A stretch of DNA of 64,000 bases from Anaerolineaceae bacterium 4572_78 (GTDB taxonomy: Bacteria > Chloroflexota > Anaerolineae > 4572-78), in contig NBMH01000005.1 of the NCBI GenBank assembly GCA_002084875.1, forward strand, positions 27,284 through 91,283, written 5' to 3'. The position numbers and the translations under genes are program-made. The notes under the pieces were generated by a model, which searched no databases, had not been told where the DNA came from, and was given only the letters and a program-made list of their open reading frames with translations. Position 1 is the stretch's first letter. Each line of letters starts with the position of its first letter. Shown here in pieces: positions 28,516-36,142 of the stretch.

Positions 28516-31500
28516 GGGCTGATCCCCACTTACCTAAACTTTCTAATGGCAAACCAAGATAGGTTAGACTAAAACCTTTTCCTCGTTTGTCACCTATATC
28601 CTGCTGGATATTTATAGCTTGTTCACAATAATTCTGAGCATTTTCATATTCGCCCAAAGCATGACAAACAAGACCTATATTATGTAACCCAATTGCTTTT
28701 GCAAAGCTATTATTAATGGTATGGAAAATACTTATTGCTTGAGAAAGTTGTTTTTTCGCTAAAAGATAATTGCCAATATTTTGGTAAACTTGCCCTAAAC
28801 CACCTGATGCATAAGCTATTCCTTGTCGAAAACCGATTTTGCGAAATATATCTAAGGCACGTTTACGATATTGATGTGCGTCGTAAGCATAACCTTGTGT
28901 ACAAAGTGGATTACTCGAATTAAATAAAACCATTCCCTCGCCAAAAAGATCCCCTATAGCCTGTCTAATAGTAAAGTCTTGACGATAATAGTCTTGAGCT
29001 ATCTGGTTTTCCCCTAATTCAAAATGAATATTACCTAACACTGTAAGAATATATGCCTTACTTTGTTTTTCAGAAGTAGATTCAAATATAGTTAATGCTT
29101 GCTTACCATAGGTAATTCCTTCTTCATATCTACTTTGCCGTTGAACTATAACTGATAAACGACTGAGACTTTTCCCTTCGATACTTCTATTTTTAACTTG
29201 CCTGGCTATATCAAGAGCTGTATTGGTTACTGAAATAGCTTTGTTATACCTACCAACCTGTTCATAATAAGCCGACTGGCGATTATAAACTTTAGCCTGC
29301 TCCTCCTTATCATCCCATGCCTTAGCAATCATCAACAATGCTTCTAAATCAGGCAGTTGTAAATCCCGTTTTCCCATGCGGTTGTAAACTATCTCACGGG
29401 TTGAAATGAGGTCGAATAGCTCTTCCTCTAAAGATTTATTTTGCATGGTTGAGAAGATGGTTTTAATGTTAGCTAGGTCTTGTTCTATATCTAACAATCC
29501 TAAAGCACGATTGAGATAATCAACAGCCATTTCATTAGCAAATTGAGCGGCGGCTTGCTTGCCTGCTAACGTACAGTAATTGCGTTCTTGCTCACGATTT
29601 TCGGCATGATAGTAGTGGTGTACCAAAAGAGAGTAATATGGAGCTAGGCTTTCTTCGGTTTGGTTGTAGGTATTTTCGTACCATTGAGCAACAACGGTAT
29701 GAAATTGGCGGCGTTGGGAATAAAGAAGGGTGCTGTAGGCAACTTCTTGGGTGATAATATGTTTGAAAATATACTGCATATTTAGCATATCATCTGAAAT
29801 CATGCTTTCAGGTGACTCATAAGGAGTCAGGTCTAAGTAAACCAATGAGTCTAGATAGGTACGCAAACGTCTGTAGCTAACAGATTTAGGGTAGATAGCA
29901 TTAAGGGTATTAAATGCAAATGTTCTGCCGATGACCGAAGCTACTCGAACCGTTAGATATGTTTCAGGGGGTAAGCGGTCAATCCGAGCCATGACAACTC
30001 CTTGTATATTATCGGGCAGAGTCAGCTGTTCTAAAGAACCTGAAAGCAGACAACGGTTATGACCATTTACACTCTGAATGGAAATGACATTTTCATCACG
30101 TAATGTGTGAATTAACTCCTCTGCAAAGAAAGGATTTCCCTGTGAACGTTCCTTGATTAATGTGGTCACTTCTTCAGGAAATTCAGATACATCCAAGCGG
30201 TATTTAATCAAATCAATAATTTCTGCATCACTGAATATGTCCAATGTCATTACTTTTGTATTGGGCAAACTGGTTAAAGCAACATACTCCAGCCTCATTT
30301 CTTCGCCTTGCAGTGGACGAAGTGGAACAAGCAAAAGCACAGGATAATCTTCTAAACTTCGTGCCACTTCTAAAGCAAGTTCCCATGAAGAAGGGTCAAG
30401 CCAATGAGCATCTTCAATGGTGATAATGAGCGGTGTATTTTGCAATTCAGCCCGTAGCAAGTCAATCAACAAAGAGGTTAAACTCTCACGCCGTAGTTTA
30501 GGGTCAAGGCTTTGAGTTAGTTCATTCTCAGGCAAACCTACATTTAGAATATCATTGAGAAGCGGACTTCGTTGTATCAAACTAGGATTTAGGTCATGTA
30601 TCCGATTTTCAATGTATGCATGGCGTTCAGATTGGTTTTTACCCTCCAATTGCTCAATATTGAAGAATCGAAAAAAGATGTCACGCCAAACGCGGTACGG
30701 GGTGTTTTGTTCAATGCTGAGACCTGCTCCCATTAAAACTCTTATGTTTAACTCTTGAGCCAAACGATGAATTTCAGCCACGAAACGTGATTTGCCAATT
30801 CCTGCTTCACCTTCAATAAATAACACATGGCTATGAACATTTGGAGTGTCAAATTTTGCTTTGACGGTCAAACTAAGGTTTGACGCACCAGGTGCAAGGT
30901 TTGACGTGCCAGATGCAATATTATCTAGGATTGATTTAATTTTGCTTAATTCTTGTTCACGCCCAACGAATTTAGTTTCAGTTGATATTATTGCTAAGGA
31001 TTGAAAAGCTATCTTACCAATAGGAAAATATAGGGGAACAGGATGAGTTTTACCTTTCACTTTGACAGGCGGCAATGTCTTAAATCTAATCCGATTTTTA
31101 GCAGATTTGTATGTATCTTCGTCGCATCTAATAGGAACATCAGTTGGGTCTTTAAGATATGCTTTGGCTGCCACACCCATTAAACGAGCTGCCATGTTTG
31201 CCTTATCACCCATGACAGTGTATTCACGCCGTGTTTCGCCGCCAACTGGACCTGTAAAAAGTTGCCCTGTTGTCATGCCGATAGCAACTGTAATCCCATG
31301 TTGTTTGATATTTTTCTGCAAGTCTAGGGCAAAACGAACACATCGTTCGGGGTCATTTTCATGCGAAAATGGTGGAGCTCCAAATAAGGCTAATATCATG
31401 GTGCCTTTATCATCAACTGAAACACGTACAATACGTCCATCATATTTATGAATAATGGTCTCAGTGGTTGTAAACAAAACCTGCAATTGGTCAAGGATAT

Positions 31501-32377
31501 TTTCTTTTTTATAGTCAATCCCTGTCATAGCCTTGATAAATACAACCGTTAAACGGCGGAGTTCAGCTAACCATTCCGCTTGGTCGGCTTCAATGCGATG
31601 GGTGATAGTATCGGGAACGTAGGCTTGTAAGGCTTCAATAACAGCCTCTTGTTGGATTTCTGATAATGTATGCCAATCAGTATGCGAGACCTGACAGGTT
31701 TTTGAAAACCTGTCAGGTCTTAATAAATCTTTCGCTTCGGGACTAAGTACAACATCACCCTTTTCAGCAATTGCTTCCGCTTCGGAGATTTGACGGAGTG
31801 GGTCGCCAGTAATGACATAATCCCAACTGACAAATTCTCCTTGCTCAAACGTTCCGCCGATGTTCATGGCGATAATTTCGCCCGCTCCAATGCTGACTGT
31901 CATATCGAGTTCAATGGAACCGATAATTGTCTCGACGTGACGGTATTCAGCACGCATGACTGCTTGCATTGCTTGAGCGGTCTGTTCGGCTTGTGAAACT
32001 GTATACCCTAGTTTGTCATCGGTTGAAGGAAAAACAACAATCATGGCATCCCCACCAAATTTGACCACCTGTCCTCCCTCTTTTTCAGTCAATTCAATCA
32101 TTCTGCTAAAATAAAGATTGAGGACACGGGTTAATTCCTCTGCTCCTTCAGGACCCTTCCGTGATAATTTCTCTGCCAATGGTGTAAAACCTGATACATC
32201 TGCAAAGAGAATAACCGCTTGATATCGGGTCAAATTGTATCTTTGTGGTAGCCCCTGATTATGATAAATTGTTTGGGCTACGACTGGTGGAACATAACTA
32301 GCTAATTTTATAATATCGTTTATTGCCACAGAAACTCCTTTCAGGATTAGGTGTTTTAACTCACGTAGCATGGACAT
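28475..32377 (-). CDS. Signal-transduction protein: two class III nucleotidyl cyclase domains, a STAND-type P-loop ATPase (AAA_16-like) and TPR repeats
   Basis: 1300 aa. CHD1 has ILFADVSGFTPLAE..KFGGDAMIVVF. CHD2 has ..GAPPFSHENDPERCVRFAL..EYTVMGDKANMAARLM. Walker A is GEAGIGKSRF and Walker B is LIITIEDAHWLD. The C-terminal half is TPR-rich. Two repeat-element segments lie in frame, at 30842-30916 and 31687-31720. Confidence 0.85.
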   Translation of the reverse strand: MSMLRELKHLILKGVSVAINDIIKLASYVPPVVAQTIYHNQGLPQRYNLTRYQAVILFADVSGFTPLAEKLSRKGPEGAEELTRVLNLYFSRMIELTEKEGGQVVKFGGDAMIVVFPSTDDKLGYTVSQAEQTAQAMQAVMRAEYRHVETIIGSIELDMTVSIGAGEIIAMNIGGTFEQGEFVSWDYVITGDPLRQISEAEAIAEKGDVVLSPEAKDLLRPDRFSKTCQVSHTDWHTLSEIQQEAVIEALQAYVPDTITHRIEADQAEWLAELRRLTVVFIKAMTGIDYKKENILDQLQVLFTTTETIIHKYDGRIVRVSVDDKGTMILALFGAPPFSHENDPERCVRFALDLQKNIKQHGITVAIGMTTGQLFTGPVGGETRREYTVMGDKANMAARLMGVAAKAYLKDPTDVPIRCDEDTYKSAKNRIRFKTLPPVKVKGKTHPVPLYFPIGKIAFQSLAIISTETKFVGREQELSKIKSILDNIASGTSNLAPGASNLSLTVKAKFDTPNVHSHVLFIEGEAGIGKSRFVAEIHRLAQELNIRVLMGAGLSIEQNTPYRVWRDIFFRFFNIEQLEGKNQSERHAYIENRIHDLNPSLIQRSPLLNDILNVGLPENELTQSLDPKLRRESLTSLLIDLLRAELQNTPLIITIEDAHWLDPSSWELALEVARSLEDYPVLLLVPLRPLQGEEMRLEYVALTSLPNTKVMTLDIFSDAEIIDLIKYRLDVSEFPEEVTTLIKERSQGNPFFAEELIHTLRDENVISIQSVNGHNRCLLSGSLEQLTLPDNIQGVVMARIDRLPPETYLTVRVASVIGRTFAFNTLNAIYPKSVSYRRLRTYLDSLVYLDLTPYESPESMISDDMLNMQYIFKHIITQEVAYSTLLYSQRRQFHTVVAQWYENTYNQTEESLAPYYSLLVHHYYHAENREQERNYCTLAGKQAAAQFANEMAVDYLNRALGLLDIEQDLANIKTIFSTMQNKSLEEELFDLISTREIVYNRMGKRDLQLPDLEALLMIAKAWDDKEEQAKVYNRQSAYYEQVGRYNKAISVTNTALDIARQVKNRSIEGKSLSRLSVIVQRQSRYEEGITYGKQALTIFESTSEKQSKAYILTVLGNIHFELGENQIAQDYYRQDFTIRQAIGDLFGEGMVLFNSSNPLCTQGYAYDAHQYRKRALDIFRKIGFRQGIAYASGGLGQVYQNIGNYLLAKKQLSQAISIFHTINNSFAKAIGLHNIGLVCHALGEYENAQNYCEQAINIQQDIGDKRGKGFSLTYLGLPLESLGKWGSAHEANSILAGRAWH
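30842..30916. repeat. R1-derived segment with a triplicated TTTGACG..CCA arm inside the cyclase-STAND CDS
   Basis: TGGAGTGTCAAATTTTGCTTTGACGGTCAAACT, then a 21-nt tandem duplication: AAGGTTTGACGCACCAGGTGC (30875-30895) and AAGGTTTGACGTGCCAGATGC (30896-30916). It encodes ASGTSNLAPGASNLSLTVKAKFDTP. Confidence 0.8.
31687..31720. repeat. R2b perfect palindrome (16+16 nt, 2-nt centre) inside the cyclase-STAND CDS
   Basis: AGACCTGACAGGTTTT TG AAAACCTGTCAGGTCT. It encodes RPDRFSKTCQVS in the segment between the two cyclase domains. Confidence 0.9.
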
Positions 32378-32513
32378 CTTGTCCGTAGCATTGGCAACAG
32401 GATGGCACCCTTTCTACATGATAAACTCAACTGAAATTTAGCCTAATCGTCTACATTTAACAAAACTAAATCTACTCTGTCTGGATTGATAACAAACGTA
32501 TCTAAAGTAATTA

Positions 32514-32654
32514 TTCATCCCCATTTTGTCAGTAGACCACACCCCCGCCTCTCCCAGTGAACAGGGAGGGGAGCAGTCACTTCATCACGCAGGCGGGTTG
32601 ATTGAGGTAGTGGCGTACGGCCGTACGCCACTACAACTAGCATTGAACAGACCT
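32514..32654. repeat. Composite element: TTTGTCAGTAGACC module, R3, R4 perfect palindrome and TIR-like end
   Basis: R4 GTAGTGGCGTACGGCCGTACGCCACTAC at 32607-32634 and TAGCATTGAACAGACC at 32637-32652. It lies between the cyclase start and the zinc-ribbon stop. Confidence 0.85.
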
Positions 32655-32659
32655 GGTTT

Positions 32660-33748
32660 TTACCCTAATTGGTCAGAGTACAAAACAAGAAAAATGATTA
32701 TTGTAATAATAAACAATATTACTGTAAATGCAATTTTTAGCCAACTCCATGGGCGTTCGCCCTGCACTTCGCCTGTGCGGGCATTGACCAGAAAATGATA
32801 GGTATGATTGTTAAAACGATAGCCACTTGACCAAATTGGCAAAAGCACATGCTTAAATGTAATATCATAATAATCGGTGTGTTTACTGCGAACAATTTGT
32901 TCGTCACCACCAATATCTGTTTTGATGGTATACACAATTGTGTCTGCCATAATCCCTTTAGAAATCTCAAATCCTTCTTTTAAGTTAATGGTATAACTTT
33001 CCGTCCGAAACCCGCTTAAGTAGTCATCTTTGTACGGCACTAAGTTCGCTAAATCCCATGGTTCTAACGCCCTGATGTATGACATGGGCAAGGAACGACT
33101 CGCTACAACCAGTATATCATCAAATGTATTGCGGACTGTGCCGTTGGTGGCATGCCAACGAGTTTTTCGTACCCGCCGAGTCCGTACTTCTTGTTTGCCT
33201 GGTGCATGCCTTGTATAGCGTTCGGTAACATAATAATATTCACCTCGTCTGCCTGTATATTGAGTGATAGTATTAGTATCGTAAGTCCAGTATGGCATGT
33301 AAATTCCTTGTAGGCTGTATTCCATGCGGGCATACTGTTTTAATTTATTGGGGGCAAACCACAAGTTTTTCAACCAAGACTGAAAAACAAGGTTAGCCTT
33401 TTTTTCGGTGACTTTGAACGGCAACAACGCTTGCGGTTTGATTAGATGTTGCGTTTCAGTCGTTCTAACCAAACTGGTGCCGCAGTAAGGACATTCGTCG
33501 GCGGCTATGTTTGGGTCAAAGGTAATCTCGGCGGCACATCCTTCACATTTAACAAGCATCACTTCATGGATGTTATCCTGTCTTTCTACTTGAACGACAT
33601 ACTCATCGAAATCCAGTTCGATAATGTCATCCTCTAATTTTTCTATTTGATTTTCAGTTCCACAGTAGGGGCATTTCAAGCGTTCGCTACCAGGCTCAAA
33701 CTTAAGGTCAGCACCACACGTGATACATGGAAATTGGCGGCTTGTCAT
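32660..33748 (-). CDS. Double zinc-ribbon protein with a C-terminal membrane anchor; function unknown
   Basis: The track ORF starts with GTG at 33772. The ATG at 33746-33748 has GGAGGA 5 nt upstream. Ribbons: CITCG..CPYCG and CEGCA..CPYCG. A roughly 230-aa conserved-looking body is followed by the hydrophobic tail WSWLKIAFTVILFIITIIIFLVLY. Confidence 0.6.
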   Translation of the reverse strand: MTSRQFPCITCGADLKFEPGSERLKCPYCGTENQIEKLEDDIIELDFDEYVVQVERQDNIHEVMLVKCEGCAAEITFDPNIAADECPYCGTSLVRTTETQHLIKPQALLPFKVTEKKANLVFQSWLKNLWFAPNKLKQYARMEYSLQGIYMPYWTYDTNTITQYTGRRGEYYYVTERYTRHAPGKQEVRTRRVRKTRWHATNGTVRNTFDDILVVASRSLPMSYIRALEPWDLANLVPYKDDYLSGFRTESYTINLKEGFEISKGIMADTIVYTIKTDIGGDEQIVRSKHTDYYDITFKHVLLPIWSSGYRFNNHTYHFLVNARTGEVQGERPWSWLKIAFTVILFIITIIIFLVLYSDQLG

Positions 33749-33762
33749 AAATTTCCTCCAAA

Positions 33763-33784
33763 GGGCAATCACAAAGGATTGCCC
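33763..33784 (-). terminator. 8-bp perfect hairpin between the hydrolase stop and the zinc-ribbon gene RBS
   Basis: GGGCAATC (33763-33770), loop ACAAAG, then GATTGCCC (33777-33784). On the minus strand only TTT follows before GGAGGA, so this is at best a weak terminator or attenuator. Confidence 0.3.
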
Positions 33785-33803
33785 TTATATTAACGGTAAT
33801 TAT

Positions 33804-35891
33804 TCACTCTCTCTCATTAGTCGACTTCAAGCCCAGCCCTTCCCCTGCCGACACATAATAATTTTCATGTGACAGCCATGATTCCATTTCTATGGCAGGA
33901 ACACGGCATAAATTATGTGGGTCAAATTCAGGCGAATACGGCGAAAGTGTCAATTGATTGATATCAGAAAAAGCATATTCTAATCGTAATTTGTTTGGGT
34001 CAAAACTTCCCACAGTAGTTTGCCACAATTTTTGGAATTTAGGGGATACGGTTTGATTGGTTCGCTTGGTAGGATAAGAACGAACTTCCATGCCAAGTTG
34101 GCGAATCATTTCAGTTGTTTCATGAGCATTATCAAATTTATTTTCTACAAGCCAATCGGGTAAACTGTTGTTGTGCCACATCAGAAAAGTGGCTCGCATG
34201 GGCCAATTAGCGGGATGTTCGGCATGAAATGATTTTAACATATCAATGACGGAATCTAAAGTGAGTGTTCCATGTGCTGAAGGCATAACACTTCCCATTG
34301 AGTTTACATCAAAGGTTAATACGATAGGTTTTTTACCAGCAGGCACCATGCTCAAATCCTTACTCGCCAAATCCGCCAAATTGACGGGATAAAACCCATC
34401 TGCTCGTAGGCGGCTTAAATCATGCCAAAAGTTATCAGAAGTGTATTGTCGGGAATTAAAAAGCGGGTATCTTAAAACCAAAACGTTCCCCGTCAAATTG
34501 ACGGGATACGATGGCGAGGCAGAAACAAATGATTCATAAGGCTGATATTGCATGTCCATGTCCCATACCATCCAGCCATATCCTTCACCATCTCTAGCTC
34601 CATTCATCTGCAAGCGAATTTCGTCGGCTGAAAAACTACGTTTGTCAAAGTTATAATCGGGAAATTGTTGTATCCATGGACGAATTTCTAATTTGGGATT
34701 GACCGCCTTCATTTGCTTGACCACCCTACGCATGCTGTAGTACAAAATTTCGTAGGGGAAATTAATGGCTTCTTGGTATTGGGGCATGTTCGGTAGCCCA
34801 TGCTCAAAAGTTGAGGGATAAAGCATGGGCGATAAAACATCGAGATAAGGAGCCATCATTTCAAGGCGTTGCCCAATGCCGCTATCACTTTGTTGCCAAA
34901 TTGTGTAGCCAAATACATCCGCTGCAATTTTAATATCGTAAGGTTGAAGAGCAGCATGGGCTTTTTTAATAAAACCTGTAATTGCCGACATGCGATTTTC
35001 TGGGGTGGATGATACAGAAAAAACAGTTCGGGTGATAAATCCATCGGTTGGAAAACGGATATAATCAAACTGAATTTCGTCAAATCCACGTTGAGCTGCT
35101 TCCACTGCTAAATCAATGCTATAATCCCAAGCGGCTTCTTCGGTTGGGTCTATCCAGCTTTGCCCTGTTTGGTCTCGCCATATATATCCCGTATAGGCAT
35201 CAATAACTGCCCATTCAGGATGGGCGACGGCTAGACGCTCATCCTTAAAAACAACAATGCGAGCAATCATGTATATGTTTCGTTCCTTAAACCATTTGCT
35301 GAAATCCGACCAATGCCCTACGATATCCCCACGATATGCTCCTACATCAAAAACAGTCTTAATGCTGGTGGTATAAGGCACTAATCCGTTATCACTTTTG
35401 ACATCAATAATAATCGCATTGAGTTCAGTCGTAGCTAGTAAATTCTGCACATGAGTACGAATTTCTTGATATTGAAGCCCGTAATAACCCAAATACACGC
35501 CTTTGATATAACCTGTATCACGGATTTTTGGAGTGATAGTTATGGGTAAATAGTTGCCACTAATGGTCAAATCGGCGGAGATGTGAGAAAGTATGAGTGG
35601 TTTGGGATAGTAACACTGTTTTCGATATTTGCATGACTTGGTATAGAGAATAACTGGGTCTTGATGGGGGTTTTCGATTTGGATAAGACTTGCTTGCCCA
35701 TGCAAAGGTTTTTTGGCAAGTGCAGGAAATGGAATAATGAACATAAAAGACCATACAGCAATGGCTAATATCAGCCATTTTTTGCCGTGATGTGTTGATA
35801 TATTAGAATTTAGAGGTTTAAGGTAGTCATGTATCATAAAGTTCATATTAACTGCTGGAGCGTCAAACCTTGGTTTGACATGAAAAAGCAA
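33804..35891 (-). CDS. Putative glycoside hydrolase (DUF4015/GHL-type TIM barrel) with a NodB-like C-terminal region
   Basis: 695 aa. ..LNAIIIDVKSDNGLVPY.., ..IARIVVFKDERLA.., ..SWIDPTEEAAWDYSIDLAVEAAQRGFDEIQFDYIRFP.. fit the DUF4015 pattern. The C-terminal ..KKPIVLTFDVNS.. resembles a degenerate polysaccharide deacetylase. The first ~15 codons (MLFHVKPRFDAPAVN) are an R1 copy, so the true start is probably the ATG at 35846 or 35837. Confidence 0.7.
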   Translation of the reverse strand: MLFHVKPRFDAPAVNMNFMIHDYLKPLNSNISTHHGKKWLILAIAVWSFMFIIPFPALAKKPLHGQASLIQIENPHQDPVILYTKSCKYRKQCYYPKPLILSHISADLTISGNYLPITITPKIRDTGYIKGVYLGYYGLQYQEIRTHVQNLLATTELNAIIIDVKSDNGLVPYTTSIKTVFDVGAYRGDIVGHWSDFSKWFKERNIYMIARIVVFKDERLAVAHPEWAVIDAYTGYIWRDQTGQSWIDPTEEAAWDYSIDLAVEAAQRGFDEIQFDYIRFPTDGFITRTVFSVSSTPENRMSAITGFIKKAHAALQPYDIKIAADVFGYTIWQQSDSGIGQRLEMMAPYLDVLSPMLYPSTFEHGLPNMPQYQEAINFPYEILYYSMRRVVKQMKAVNPKLEIRPWIQQFPDYNFDKRSFSADEIRLQMNGARDGEGYGWMVWDMDMQYQPYESFVSASPSYPVNLTGNVLVLRYPLFNSRQYTSDNFWHDLSRLRADGFYPVNLADLASKDLSMVPAGKKPIVLTFDVNSMGSVMPSAHGTLTLDSVIDMLKSFHAEHPANWPMRATFLMWHNNSLPDWLVENKFDNAHETTEMIRQLGMEVRSYPTKRTNQTVSPKFQKLWQTTVGSFDPNKLRLEYAFSDINQLTLSPYSPEFDPHNLCRVPAIEMESWLSHENYYVSAGEGLGLKSTNERE

Positions 35892-35892
35892 G
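35855..35892. repeat. R1 variant (CTGGAGCGTCAAACCTTGGTTTGACATGAAAAAGCAAG)
   Basis: It has the same arm variant as 24943-24970 and 63962-63988. It overlaps the annotated 5' end of the hydrolase ORF. Confidence 0.8.
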
Positions 35893-36026
35893 TTCCACCA
35901 CTAGGGCTTATTCTCATTCCATCATACATCATGATTCATTTTTTGTCAATTCTAATTTTTAATTTTTATTTTGAATACTACAAAACAGTTGTTTTAAGCC
36001 AACTTATTCAAACATAACTCCTAAAT

Positions 36027-36054
36027 TTGCATACTGCTAAAGATACTGTAATAT
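36027..36054 (+). promoter_or_regulatory. Candidate promoter TTGCAT-16 nt-TAATAT upstream of hypF
   Basis: TTGCAT at 36027-36032 and TAATAT at 36049-36054. It overlaps the in-frame stop (36038-36040) that bounds the hypF reading frame. Confidence 0.3.
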
Positions 36055-36142
36055 AGTAACTGTTCATCCTGGTATTGTTCAAGGGGTCGGGTTTCGTCCC
36101 TTTGTATATCGCCTTGCTCTGGCATATCATCTAAAGGGCTGG

